The notes below the pieces were generated by a model, which was not told the origin of the DNA, searched no databases, and was given only the letters and a program-made list of their open reading frames with translations. Positions 28,857 to 38,875 of a DNA stretch of 64,000 nucleotides are shown here, in pieces. Origin of the DNA: an uncultured virus (IMG/VR IMGVR_UViG_3300045284_000309) (Duplodnaviria; Heunggongvirae; Uroviricota; Caudoviricetes); IMG/VR virus record IMGVR_UViG_3300045284_000309; one strand, given 5' to 3'. Every line of letters starts with the position of its first letter. Position 1 is the stretch's first letter. The position numbers and the translations under genes are program-made.

Positions 28857-29359
28857 TACTCCAACCCGTCCGATCTGATCAAGCGCAGGCCAACCTCGAA
28901 ATGGTGCTTTGGATTTCCGTCTCCCGGATCGGGAATGATGTTGGAGTTGATCACGAAAAACCGTTTGCCGTCATATTCGATGAAATCATCCCCGCTCTGT
29001 GACCACATATCGAATCTCAGGGTTACACCGCCCCAGGAGATCGGGAAGATTCCAAGATGATCGTCGGCCTCCACATGCCCAAAAACCTCCTGGATGTATT
29101 CCGTTGAAAGTCTCGTGGCTCGTGTTGACTGGATCGGCTGCACGAACGCCTTCACAATTACATCGATAGGTGCTGTAGGAAGCATTCCGGCCTCGTTGCA
29201 AACCGGAGTGTCAGGAGGCGCAGAGAGATGCCAGCTTGGATCCCTGAAACCTTCCGGTGTCCTGCACGGGCACGGTACCGCCGTATCGGATGACCTGAAA
29301 TATCGCGCCGACGATGCGTGAGTATTCAGGAGCGCAGTGAAGGATGGGACGGTTGACAT
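28856..29359 (-). CDS. Head closure protein
   Basis: VKAFVQP, DFIEYDGKRFFV, HFEVGL; synteny. Confidence 0.6.
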   Translation of the reverse strand: MSTVPSFTALLNTHASSARYFRSSDTAVPCPCRTPEGFRDPSWHLSAPPDTPVCNEAGMLPTAPIDVIVKAFVQPIQSTRATRLSTEYIQEVFGHVEADDHLGIFPISWGGVTLRFDMWSQSGDDFIEYDGKRFFVINSNIIPDPGDGNPKHHFEVGLRLIRSDGLE

Positions 29360-29763
29360 TACGCTACCGCCTTCAACCTATCGAAATCTGTGTGGCATCG
29401 CTTGCAAAGCTCGATGAAATCATCGGTGTCACGACGATACTCCTCAGAGATATTGGCCCATTCGGTTACACCCTCGAAACCACAGAAGGAACATTCGCCG
29501 GTTTTCGTGGCATGTCGCTCAATCCAGTTGTGAAGGCCACGATACTCAATTTCATCACCACTCCACCGGGGATTTTTTTCACCCTTCCAATACTCGCCTA
29601 TCTTGGCCTTGTGCTCAGGACTGAGCACTCTCCCTCGTGACTCATGGCCTTTGACAAACCTTCTCGGTTCGCCTTTTACAACACCCTCGGCTTTGCTCGT
29701 CATCGTAACGATGGAGGTTTTCTCTCCACAGCCGCATTGACAGAATCCAGAAGGGTTTCTCAT
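29359..29763 (-). CDS. Free-standing HNH-like endonuclease, copy 3
   Basis: CQCGCG, SPEHKAKIG, KTGECSFCG..TEWANIS..ELCKRCH. Confidence 0.75.
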   Translation of the reverse strand: MRNPSGFCQCGCGEKTSIVTMTSKAEGVVKGEPRRFVKGHESRGRVLSPEHKAKIGEYWKGEKNPRWSGDEIEYRGLHNWIERHATKTGECSFCGFEGVTEWANISEEYRRDTDDFIELCKRCHTDFDRLKAVA

Positions 29764-30470
29764 GGGCTAATTACAGCCTCGGCCTCGTAGTCGATGCTCG
29801 TTCTGGTCAGATCGACTCCATGAAGTTGCGCTGGCCTACATCCGGAGTCGATATTCGCCATCAGTAGAATTACACTGTAATTCAGGTTGAGATCGCCGTT
29901 CGCGGATGCTATCAGAGCTTCGATGGCTTTGGTGGGATCGGCCGTCGTCGCGCCTGTCTGGAGTGAAACAAGGCCAGCCGTGAATTTCGATACTGTTCCT
30001 CCAGCCGCCAGGTACGTAGCTACGAGCGAGCGAGCCAGAGTGAGGTTCGTCATCCCTCGAAGCTGGACGTAGGTGGCTTCTTCCACAAGGACGGAATTCG
30101 GATCTTGTGTGTGCATGACATCCGAGACAACAGCCTGTGCTTCCTGAGTGACAATTACCTCATTCAGCGCAGGGTTCCTGAGCAGGCAGCGGTCAACGAT
30201 CTCCTGCACGAGTGTTTTTGTCCCGCCCTGGATCGAGCCGGAATACGGGCTGAAAATCCCGTCCTCGCCTTCCCAGCGGATACGGAACCAGTCGGTTTCG
30301 TCCTGGGCCTCGGGCGTCGTGTAGCTCGAAATGTAATTCGGGTATACGCCAATCGCAATCGCACGTTCGATCTCGGTGAACACCCCATCTTGCGCGGGCG
30401 ACTCCTCGATCCTGAGCGCGACCATTCCCGCTTGGGTTGGCGGGACGAAATCAAGCCGAACAGTTGCCAT
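29760..30470 (-). CDS. Head-tail adaptor-like protein
   Basis: Synteny; VSKFTAGLVSL motif. Confidence 0.5.
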   Translation of the reverse strand: MATVRLDFVPPTQAGMVALRIEESPAQDGVFTEIERAIAIGVYPNYISSYTTPEAQDETDWFRIRWEGEDGIFSPYSGSIQGGTKTLVQEIVDRCLLRNPALNEVIVTQEAQAVVSDVMHTQDPNSVLVEEATYVQLRGMTNLTLARSLVATYLAAGGTVSKFTAGLVSLQTGATTADPTKAIEALIASANGDLNLNYSVILLMANIDSGCRPAQLHGVDLTRTSIDYEAEAVISP

Positions 30471-30483
30471 CAGTCTCCCCCAT

Positions 30484-33400
30484 TCACCAGGCTACCGAAA
30501 GAAGCTCTGCTTTTTCATTTTTTTCAGCCGAAAGTAATTCGGCGTCAGTCCCTGCTGAAAGTAGCTCTGCACTCTCGACGTGCTCTGCCGACAGAAGTCT
30601 TGAAATTTCGGACTTTGCCGAAAGCAATGCGGTCGGGTCTAGGCTGGCGCTGAATAGTATCGCAATTCGCACACCGCTGTCCGTCTTCAGCACCGCAGCT
30701 ATCTCGTAGGTAGTTCCTCTGTCCTGGACGAGTAGCCTTATAGGAAGAATATTTTCAGAGGCAGTTCCTGTATCGCTCGTATATAGGAGAAAGAGATAGC
30801 TAGCACCCTCAGAGATGCTCCCGAAATCGCTCCCAGCGAGCTTGACGGCCAGGAACTGGATCTCAGAGGCTGTGGAGGTATCGCTGGAAGCCCCTGAGAA
30901 GCGCTGTGAGGCGCTCTCACCCCCTGATCCTTGGTCAGACACCCTCTGAGCGATCTGAGCGCTCTCAGAGGCTCCCAGAGCGTCGGTCGAGGAGAGGCCC
31001 ATTCCGGCCAAAAATCCGGAATCGGTAATAGTCCCAGAGTCTGTAGAGGAAACGACCGCTTTGAGCGCAGCGGATTCCGTTGTGACCGAGTTGGAATCCG
31101 ACGATGAAATTATGTTTATCTGGGCCGTCGTGCCGTTCTCTGTAGCCGTCCCATTCGTGTCCGTTGTCGAGACGAGTGCCTTCGGAGTCGCCGTCTCGCT
31201 CGCTCCACCGGAATCCGACCCTGAAATTTGATTGGTCGATACGATAGAGCCGTTCTCTGTAGCCGTCCCATTTGAGTCAGACGTAGAGACGAACACTCGC
31301 GGAGTTGCAGTGTCAGAAGCAGAGCCTGTGTCCGACCCTGAAATCTGGTTGACCGCAGCGTTTGAGGCATTTTCAATGATCGCCCCATCGCTATCGAAAG
31401 CGGGTATGGCGGCAACAAGCGCCGACGCCTCGGTAGTCGTACCGTTCGCATCAGATCCGGCAATCTGGTTTGTTGTAACCAGAGTTGTAGATTCTGTAAT
31501 TGTGCCATTTGTGTCGCTGCTTGAAATCTGCGCAACAGGAGTGGCACTCTCCGTAGACGAACCATTTGTATCCGACCCGGAAACCTGAAGGAACGTAGCA
31601 GTCGATCCAAATTCAGTGGTCGTCCCGTTGGATTCAGAGGCTGAAATTTTGGCCACATTTGCAGCAGCCTCCGAATCCGTGCCCACATCGCTGGATGGAA
31701 TTTGCGCAGTGACCGTAGCGCCAGCCCCGACCTGAATACTGCCGCCGTTCCAGTTGTCGCCAGTCGAGTTGCCGTTCATCCGGACGCCCGGAGAGCCGCC
31801 AGAAGGGACAGATGCATCGCTAATGGCGGTCAGTCCTGTGACCGGATTTCCATTCAGCTTGACAGTGATCGAATTACCGGTAACTTCCAGGCGCAGAACG
31901 TCGGTCGAGGCAGGCTGAGTTGTCGGGACGCTGCTCGCTAGTTGCGAAAGAGCGCCACTTGCTACACGCTTGTAAACCTGAATAACCGGGCTACCAGCAT
32001 TTCCAAACCAACGAGCATGGTAGAAATCGCTGCCATTGCTCGTCATCCGAACTGTCACGCCGACAACATCGCTGGCGGTGGTGCCTAAGAAGCTCGGACT
32101 TATTTCAGCAAACTGATCGTTGCCAAACGTCCCTACCCAGGCCGCGCTCGCAGGCCCGACGGATGCAGTTACCGTGTTCGTTGAAACAACCAGCGAGTTT
32201 TCACCGGCTGACCAGTTCGGCCCGAGAGCACCGTTAGCTCTGTTGAAATTGTCGGTAGCTACACTACCGCCACCGCCGCCATCACTCCCTGTTCCGGAAT
32301 CGGCGGAGGAAATTGGGCTAGCAACGGCAGCAATTTCCGTTGAGGCTGTGGCGCTGTCCGTTCCAGAAACAATCGCTTTGACAGTTGGAGTCTCTGTGCT
32401 CGTGCCAGAGTCGGAGACGCTTGTCGTCGTCTGAAAAGTTGCTGCTTCAGTCAGTGATCCTGAAAAATCACTCGCTGAAAGAGCATAAGTAAAAGAAGCC
32501 GATTCGGTTGTTGTCCCATTTACATCAGAACCAGAAATAGGTGTCAGTGTCGAGACGCTTGCGCTCTCTGTAATTGTCCCATTCGCGTCTGATACGGGTA
32601 TGAGAGAACCAACAGTCCCAGTTTCCGTTTCATTGATCGGACTCGTGTCAATGAGAGATACATTCGGGTTCGCGGATTCAGTAATTGCCCCATTCTGATC
32701 CGTCCCGGAAACTTTTACAACAACTGAAGCTGATTCCGTGACCGTGCCATTTACATCGGCACCTGGAACAGAAGCAATAGCATTCGCACTCTCGATCTCG
32801 TTGATCGGACTCGTGTCAGCGAGCGCCACCGCAAGCGAAACCGCCTCAATTTCATTTATCGGACTTGTGTCAACAAGCGATACTTTCGTGCTTGTGTTTT
32901 CGGTAACCGTGCCATTGTCCGAAGATGAAACAAGAACAGGAGGAAAAGAAACAGTTGCGTTCTCCGTGAGTCCTGGAAATGGTGAGCCAGTTGAAAGTAG
33001 CTGGTAAGTCGAGACACTAGCCGGAATCGCCGCATATGTCGCAAACCTATTGGGCAGAGCCGTATACGTACCAGGATCAGGTTCAACGACAAGTAGTTGA
33101 ACCTTTACATCGACAGAAGCATTTTCAGCAATCGTCCCTGAATCAGTTCCTGAAATCAGACCAACGGTTGTGGATGTCTCAATTTCATTTATCGGACTCG
33201 TATCGGCTATTTGAACCGCCATCGCGGTTGCCTCAGTAACCGCCCCGCTCGTATCTGTGCCTGAAATTGGAGTACCGGCGGCAACGACGACCGAGGCCGT
33301 CTCGCCCCCCGCTGCCACCACATACGTACCGCCGCCGAAGTCGTCGAACGAGTCGAGAGAAGAAGCGCCGAGAGAAACGCCGATGTACCCCGCCGCTGAG

Positions 33401-34611
33401 TAGGTCGAATCAGTCCTTGTGGTGATTACGGCCCACGCACCGTTCGTATATCCCCAAGCACTGATCGTGTTGCCGACCACCGAGAGGCCGATCTTCGTCG
33501 TGTTCGCCGGGATCTGGAATGAACCACCACCGATGGTGGTAACAGCGTCGTTCGTGATCGACTGGATGAACCCGGCAGACATGCCTTGAGCCTGAAATAA
33601 GTAACCGGAGACGTTCGACGCACCGGGGTTCTGCACACGAGCAAACAATGTGGGAGCTATGTTTCCGGTGACAACAGTCGCGTAGGCTTCGCAATCGGGG
33701 CCGAAGCTCGACTGATTCCACCAGGCGGTCGAAGTCACACTACCGGCAACCATCGCGTTGCCGGTGATCACTGGTGCTGTCGCCGCACTTGGGCGAAGTC
33801 CTCCCGTCCAGTTCGCGCCGAGTGCTCCATTCGCCCTGTTGAAATTGTCAAGGACGCCCGTGGACGGGAACGCCCCACCACCAATAGGAACGCCACCGGA
33901 GTCAGAGTCAACCGCCACGACTTTCGTGATCGAGGCCGACTCGGTTGTAGTCCCATTCGAGTCGGTGCCCGAGACAAGTGTGTTCGCCACAAAGTTGGGA
34001 GTGAGAAGTACGGAACCGGCAGGGCCGGTTGATCCAGTCCTGATGACAACATCGCCGCTATTGCTACCGCTTGCTGTTGTAATCTCCCAGGCGATGACAA
34101 AGAACAGATACTCGTTGTTCAATGTGATTGACGCGCCGGGATTCCAGTTCACGGAAGCGCCTATATCAGTTGTCGTCGAGATAGAAGAGTTTATGCCGCC
34201 GACAACAGTTGATGCCGTTAGTTCAGTCGCACTTGCACCGCTCGCGTTCACGCTCTTGAATACGCGCATCCTGAAACGCCCTGCCTGAGCCGACGCCGTT
34301 GTTGCTCTTATGGCAAAGGAAAATGACCATGCCAACGCATTGTCAAAGGTTCCCGTCACCGGAGCAGGCGTCTTGAACGCATTGGCAGTTGTGCCAGTCA
34401 GGAACGATGCAGGCTTGGGTGTCGTCGTCTGTGAGCTAAACGATCCTGATGCCTGCTTCGTACCCGCATCAAACTCACATGAGTTGCCTGATGCGATTTT
34501 GGCAACTGTCCAGCCATCGGCGCGTGAAGCAGCCGTCTGAGCCACACCATCAACAAGTGCAGCGAAGTTGCCGTCAGCACCCGAAGCGACATAATAGGTT
34601 TTTTGAGCCAT
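30484..34611 (-). CDS. Large Ser/Thr-rich repetitive virion protein with two lectin-like modules
   Basis: Many ~20-aa (V/I)SG(T/S)DxNGxxTExA repeats; two DNFNRANGALG.NW domains. Confidence 0.8.
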   Translation of the reverse strand: MAQKTYYVASGADGNFAALVDGVAQTAASRADGWTVAKIASGNSCEFDAGTKQASGSFSSQTTTPKPASFLTGTTANAFKTPAPVTGTFDNALAWSFSFAIRATTASAQAGRFRMRVFKSVNASGASATELTASTVVGGINSSISTTTDIGASVNWNPGASITLNNEYLFFVIAWEITTASGSNSGDVVIRTGSTGPAGSVLLTPNFVANTLVSGTDSNGTTTESASITKVVAVDSDSGGVPIGGGAFPSTGVLDNFNRANGALGANWTGGLRPSAATAPVITGNAMVAGSVTSTAWWNQSSFGPDCEAYATVVTGNIAPTLFARVQNPGASNVSGYLFQAQGMSAGFIQSITNDAVTTIGGGSFQIPANTTKIGLSVVGNTISAWGYTNGAWAVITTRTDSTYSAAGYIGVSLGASSLDSFDDFGGGTYVVAAGGETASVVVAAGTPISGTDTSGAVTEATAMAVQIADTSPINEIETSTTVGLISGTDSGTIAENASVDVKVQLLVVEPDPGTYTALPNRFATYAAIPASVSTYQLLSTGSPFPGLTENATVSFPPVLVSSSDNGTVTENTSTKVSLVDTSPINEIEAVSLAVALADTSPINEIESANAIASVPGADVNGTVTESASVVVKVSGTDQNGAITESANPNVSLIDTSPINETETGTVGSLIPVSDANGTITESASVSTLTPISGSDVNGTTTESASFTYALSASDFSGSLTEAATFQTTTSVSDSGTSTETPTVKAIVSGTDSATASTEIAAVASPISSADSGTGSDGGGGGSVATDNFNRANGALGPNWSAGENSLVVSTNTVTASVGPASAAWVGTFGNDQFAEISPSFLGTTASDVVGVTVRMTSNGSDFYHARWFGNAGSPVIQVYKRVASGALSQLASSVPTTQPASTDVLRLEVTGNSITVKLNGNPVTGLTAISDASVPSGGSPGVRMNGNSTGDNWNGGSIQVGAGATVTAQIPSSDVGTDSEAAANVAKISASESNGTTTEFGSTATFLQVSGSDTNGSSTESATPVAQISSSDTNGTITESTTLVTTNQIAGSDANGTTTEASALVAAIPAFDSDGAIIENASNAAVNQISGSDTGSASDTATPRVFVSTSDSNGTATENGSIVSTNQISGSDSGGASETATPKALVSTTDTNGTATENGTTAQINIISSSDSNSVTTESAALKAVVSSTDSGTITDSGFLAGMGLSSTDALGASESAQIAQRVSDQGSGGESASQRFSGASSDTSTASEIQFLAVKLAGSDFGSISEGASYLFLLYTSDTGTASENILPIRLLVQDRGTTYEIAAVLKTDSGVRIAILFSASLDPTALLSAKSEISRLLSAEHVESAELLSAGTDAELLSAEKNEKAELLSVAW

Positions 34612-34904
34612 TACACGACCCGCTCAAACTTGTAACTGCAACCGGGGTGATCAAGCAAATGCGAGGGGTGCGTTGGAAATACGTTGCAGCCATTCAGGTA
34701 GTACGGATTTTCACGATCGGCGCAGATGTGTAAACCATCGCTGTGTAAACGCAGTAATGGGCAAGCTCCCGAAATTTCAGGTTTTCCCATCTCACCCTGA
34801 AAAGGATCGCCAGTCTTACAACACTCGCCACATTGACAACATTCACCCGTTCGAGCAAATGTGATAAACGAGCCATCTGGCTGCTCGTGAGTGAATTTCA
34901 GCAT
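34611..34904 (-). CDS. YkgJ-like Cys-cluster (Zn or Fe-S) protein
   Basis: CCQCGECC..CPLL..C..C..FP..GC. Confidence 0.7.
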   Translation of the reverse strand: MLKFTHEQPDGSFITFARTGECCQCGECCKTGDPFQGEMGKPEISGACPLLRLHSDGLHICADRENPYYLNGCNVFPTHPSHLLDHPGCSYKFERVV

Positions 34905-35491
34905 TATGATGCCGAGTAAACCTCTGTGACCGCAGGGCCATATGGCGGGTTTGAACCTGTGCCTGCTCCACCCGCCCCGTACCAGAGGTTACCCTGATTC
35001 GCATTCCATGACTGGAAATTTGGCGTGAAAGTGTATGAGTTTCCCGGCGTCAAGCCCGTATAGACTTGTGAGAAATTGAGCCGGACTTGAGGTGATATGA
35101 CAGTCCCTGTTGATCCGCTCTGATGTAGAAGTTGCTCTGTATACCCGATGGCAACACCAGCCGAATACATGCTGCAAGAGATGATGCCATCCCCGTTAGC
35201 GTTCTGATACCGAGTTTGCCCCAGGATCGAACATTTCACAAGGACATTGCCCGATGGTGGCGCAATGAAAGTCACGGCCAGACCTGTTACCGCGATGACC
35301 GCACTCGCAGTACCCAGGTTGATAGATATTCCTGATGATGTCAGTTGCGTATAGCCTATCAACGTCCCTACTGGCGGAGCCGGGGCAGGGATATTGTCAA
35401 CGTCGGTAGCGAGGTTCTTGATGTCCTGTTGGACGTTTGGTGGATCCGCTAGCTCCGGATACCTCAGAGCGTATTTCGTAGTTGTTCCCAT
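34904..35491 (-). CDS. Minor structural / fibre-like protein
   Basis: MGTTTKYALRYP..D.P....DIKNLA.DVD N-terminus; YTGLTPGNSYTF. Confidence 0.65.
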   Translation of the reverse strand: MGTTTKYALRYPELADPPNVQQDIKNLATDVDNIPAPAPPVGTLIGYTQLTSSGISINLGTASAVIAVTGLAVTFIAPPSGNVLVKCSILGQTRYQNANGDGIISCSMYSAGVAIGYTEQLLHQSGSTGTVISPQVRLNFSQVYTGLTPGNSYTFTPNFQSWNANQGNLWYGAGGAGTGSNPPYGPAVTEVYSAS

Positions 35492-35551
35492 AATTTCACC
35501 CCAAAGAGATTACGGGGGATCCATCTGCGGTAGATGAAATCCCCCGTATTT

Positions 35552-36211
35552 TTACGAGAACGTGATCTGGGCGGTCAGCGTCCATGTCCCGGAGGATTTC
35601 GTACCGAGTGCCGCAACCTTGCGATTCAGGTTCGTCGTACCGACCGTGAACCCTGCACCGGACGCCGTTGTCGCACCGGCCGAGATCGACCACTCGCCCC
35701 AGACCTGGTTCGCTTCCGCGCCTGTGAAATCCGACTGAAAACTGACCGTCTGGTTGGAGCGCGATGGGTATGTCGCGTTCATCGCCTTGTAGAAGCCGCC
35801 AGCCTGAAGATCCGTCTGTGTCGCGGCCTCTGCCGTAGCCGAAGTACCGACGCCTGTAAATGCGTTGGCGTTCGACCACGGGTTTCCAGCCGTCTGGTTG
35901 GTCAGGACGGTGGCGATCATCGTCATGTCCATCAACCGCTGGATGCCCTCGTTGAGAAGCAGGTTCCCGTGAATTTCCTCGAGAATTTCAGCTTCTCCGA
36001 CAAGCTCGCGTAGAACCAAGCTTGGAATTCCCTCGTGAATCGGCATCATTCTCGGCACGAGCAATTTCCGTACCGGAGTGATGATCTCACGAAGCTCTGC
36101 CGGGACGTGTGAAATCCCTTGATGGTCGAGCTTCTTCGCTGCGAAGTCACACGCTTCCTCGCTCCACTTCTCGCAGAGCCAGGTCGTCTCGTGCTTTATC
36201 GTGTCAAGCAC
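35552..36211 (-). CDS. Virion structural protein (collar/fibre-attachment-like)
   Basis: NLLLNEG, GVGTS.TA....QTDL, EAN..W.E, LNRKV..LGTK. Confidence 0.65.
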   Translation of the reverse strand: MLDTIKHETTWLCEKWSEEACDFAAKKLDHQGISHVPAELREIITPVRKLLVPRMMPIHEGIPSLVLRELVGEAEILEEIHGNLLLNEGIQRLMDMTMIATVLTNQTAGNPWSNANAFTGVGTSATAEAATQTDLQAGGFYKAMNATYPSRSNQTVSFQSDFTGAEANQVWGEWSISAGATTASGAGFTVGTTNLNRKVAALGTKSSGTWTLTAQITFS

Positions 36212-36566
36212 TCATGTCACCCCCAACGGCTGCATCGCCAGAAGTAACCGGCGTGTAATCCAGGTCAGCCACCGCCTGTAGCTCCGGTGGAATGTCCTCC
36301 CCTGCCTCCGTCATCTGCGCGACAACCTCTTGAGCGCTCGCCACGACAGATGAAATTGTCGGCATGTTTGGACTGGGGATGATGTTCTGCGGGTTGATGT
36401 CGTCGTCCATGCCGCCGAGTGCCCCGCCACTGACGAGTGTTGCGATATCTTCGGCCGTCTGATTCGCTGCGTCCAGATCGTCCTCTGAAATCTCCTCGCC
36501 AGGTGCGAAGTTTTTCTCGATCACCGGCAGGTTGATATACGTCAGAGCCTTGTACGGCCCAGCCAT
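36204..36566 (-). CDS. Hypothetical head-associated protein
   Basis: GGGAGG RBS before MAGPYKAL; follows the major capsid gene. Confidence 0.7.
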   Translation of the reverse strand: MAGPYKALTYINLPVIEKNFAPGEEISEDDLDAANQTAEDIATLVSGGALGGMDDDINPQNIIPSPNMPTISSVVASAQEVVAQMTEAGEDIPPELQAVADLDYTPVTSGDAAVGGDMSA

Positions 36567-36583
36567 CTGTTCCTCCCTTCGGT

Positions 36584-36622
36584 AAATTTCAGAGGGGCAT
36601 GGCGAGTGCCCCCCTGAAATTT
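36584..36622. terminator. Hairpin downstream of the major capsid gene
   Basis: AAATTTCAGAGGGGCAT..GTGCCCCCCTGAAATTT inverted repeat; poor U-tract. Confidence 0.55.
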
Positions 36623-36636
36623 CAGAGCGGCATGGA

Positions 36637-37830
36637 TCATGTGCTTGATGTTGCCAGCGTGACTTCTTCGACCGAATTCGGGATATCGAGGTAGAGGCCG
36701 CGACGAACGCGAGCGACTTGCTGCCCCTCGATGAGCCGTGAAATATCGGCAGGCCCGATGTCGATGCGAAGATCGTGATGGACAAGCTCCTTCATGCGGA
36801 AATTCGGCATGATGAAATAGCACTTGCCCGCCGTGACGCCGGGGTACACGTACGACTTGACGCCGTTCGTGACCGTTGCGCCGTTGTAGTAGATGATGCC
36901 GGTGAGCGGAACGCGCCGAAGCGGGTTGCCCTGGGCATCGATGACCGGAGTGAGCAGAGCGTCCTCGATCTGAAAACGATCTGCCTCGTTCGCGAGGATC
37001 CAGGACGGGACACGCTGCGGAACTGCAACCGCCGCATGCCGGTACGCCTGTTGAAAACCGACAAGCGTGTTCGCCTGGAGCGAGCCGTTGCCAGCCACCG
37101 CCGCCGTCTTGTTCCCCGCCGCGTAGGTGTACGCGATGATCGGAGACAGGTGAAGGTGATTCAGAAGGTAATTGTACGCCCTCCCGAAGGCACGGCTGTT
37201 CATCGAGATCTCGTACGAGCGGTCGTACTCGATCATGTCCTCTGTCCACTCGAAACCAGCGGCGTACGTGGAGATCGGGACGAAGCTCGGGACTCCAGCC
37301 TTCGCGAGCGAGCCGAAGATGATTTCCCCTGCCTCGAATTTCTCCATGAAAACGACGTTGGCGTCGAAGATGACATCCCCGCCGATCTGCACTGACCCGC
37401 CGGGGAACGGCCCATTTACACGCTCGTACAGCGACGTGTAAAGCACCGGCACCTGAGCAAGGCCCACATCGATATCGATGCGCACCTTGGTCAGGAGATC
37501 CATCGCCCCGTCGGACGTGGTGATCATCTCCGAGACAGGCTGAAGAAGGTCGATCTCCAGCGCGTCCTTGAGAAATTCATCCGACTGGGTTTCCATCTCA
37601 GAAGCCGAGACGAGTTGCACCGAGGCGATTTCACCAACCATCCGGCTCGGCGACCACCGGCGATGCATCAGGTCTGAAAATTGCGTCGGCTCTGACAGTG
37701 ACTGAGCGCCCGACAACGGGCCGAAGCGCCCATCGTGCCCGATGAACATGCGACCGTTCTCCCGCCGCGTGATCTTGTCGATGGTCAGCGCGTCGGGAAT
37801 CAGGACGGACGACTGATTTCCTTTTGCCAT
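36637..37830 (-). CDS. Major capsid protein
   Basis: 397 aa, strong RBS, after protease and decoration genes; E.GE...G, YAAGFEWTEDMI.D. Confidence 0.85.
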   Translation of the reverse strand: MAKGNQSSVLIPDALTIDKITRRENGRMFIGHDGRFGPLSGAQSLSEPTQFSDLMHRRWSPSRMVGEIASVQLVSASEMETQSDEFLKDALEIDLLQPVSEMITTSDGAMDLLTKVRIDIDVGLAQVPVLYTSLYERVNGPFPGGSVQIGGDVIFDANVVFMEKFEAGEIIFGSLAKAGVPSFVPISTYAAGFEWTEDMIEYDRSYEISMNSRAFGRAYNYLLNHLHLSPIIAYTYAAGNKTAAVAGNGSLQANTLVGFQQAYRHAAVAVPQRVPSWILANEADRFQIEDALLTPVIDAQGNPLRRVPLTGIIYYNGATVTNGVKSYVYPGVTAGKCYFIMPNFRMKELVHHDLRIDIGPADISRLIEGQQVARVRRGLYLDIPNSVEEVTLATSST

Positions 37831-37848
37831 GAATTTCCTCCCTCCTGA

Positions 37849-38217
37849 TTACCCGATGTTGAGGGCACGAACTGCGGCGTACCCGTTGGCGTCTTTCACT
37901 TCTTCGACCTTCGCACAGGCTGCGCCTGTCGGCGTCACGGTAATGTCCGTGTCGCCACGCTTGAAGCCTGCCCCGGCCGTCCAGAAAAGCGGATCCCCGA
38001 TTGCGGGAGCCGCCCCTGCCGGAAGCTTCACGTACCAGATCCGATCCGGGGCAATTTCCATGTCCATCACGCGGAGCGTGTCGCTCGCGCCGATGGTCTT
38101 CAGGGCGAATCCCGTCCACCCGTTGATGCGGTAGAGATCGCCCTTGACGATGGCCTGAGCCGCAGGAACGGTGACGCCGTTCTGCGTTGCCCGACCGTCA
38201 TGCTTCAACTGGCCCAT
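37849..38217 (-). CDS. Capsid decoration/cement protein (DUF2190-like)
   Basis: DG...VTVPA....KGD..GFA, AIGD.LFW, GYAAV; adjacent to the capsid gene. Confidence 0.75.
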   Translation of the reverse strand: MGQLKHDGRATQNGVTVPAAQAIVKGDLYRINGWTGFALKTIGASDTLRVMDMEIAPDRIWYVKLPAGAAPAIGDPLFWTAGAGFKRGDTDITVTPTGAACAKVEEVKDANGYAAVRALNIG

Positions 38218-38264
38218 CTCCCAACTCCTCTCTTGCTCATCAGAGAATGATTTTCAGGATTTCA

Positions 38265-38864
38265 CTACTGCGCTGCGTCGTCCTCCTCCAGGGCCGCAAC
38301 GATGTCGGCCTTGGTTGCGCCCGAAGGAATGTCCAGGCCACGATTTTCAGCCTCGGTCGTGAGATCGGCCTTCGTCTGTTCGTCGTAGCTCGTGGCAGTG
38401 TCGCCGGACGTGTCCTCGCCCTTGAGATCGCTCTCCAGGTCGGAACCGCTGGACGTGCCGGGGAAGCTCTGGCCGACGTTCTCGGCTGAAATCGTGCCCT
38501 CGTAGCCCTTCCCGTACTCCTCATCGATCCGTGCAGGGTGATCCTCGGGAAGGCTCTCGGGATTGAACGGGTGCTGATCGAGCGGAAGTAGCCGACCCGC
38601 CGATGTAATTGCGGCCGGTGAACCGTAACCTGGCGGGCCGACAACGACGGGCTGCATGTCCATGCTCTGTTCCTCCTCGCTCATGCCTGCGACCTTGAGA
38701 GCGGACTGGGGAGTCTCGACTAGCTCCTCCGGATCCGGGTTCTCCTCATCGAGCCACGAGCCGTCTGAAATTGCCTCGTCCTGGGGCTGGATTTCCGCGT
38801 CTTCCTCGACAAGCCCAGCCTCGGCACGAGATGCCGGGTTCTTCTTTTGTGGCGTTGTAGCCAT
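38265..38864 (-). CDS. Acidic protein with C-terminal HeH/LEM/Rho-N-like motif
   Basis: YDEQTKADL..EAENRGLDI...ATKADIVAAL. Confidence 0.7.
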   Translation of the reverse strand: MATTPQKKNPASRAEAGLVEEDAEIQPQDEAISDGSWLDEENPDPEELVETPQSALKVAGMSEEEQSMDMQPVVVGPPGYGSPAAITSAGRLLPLDQHPFNPESLPEDHPARIDEEYGKGYEGTISAENVGQSFPGTSSGSDLESDLKGEDTSGDTATSYDEQTKADLTTEAENRGLDIPSGATKADIVAALEEDDAAQ

Positions 38865-38875
38865 TTTCCTCCTCC

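Noticed and set aside
30484..34611. CRISPR-like or tandem DNA array
   Set aside because: The repeats are degenerate at DNA level and conserved as protein; there is no constant repeat with unique spacers and no cas genes.
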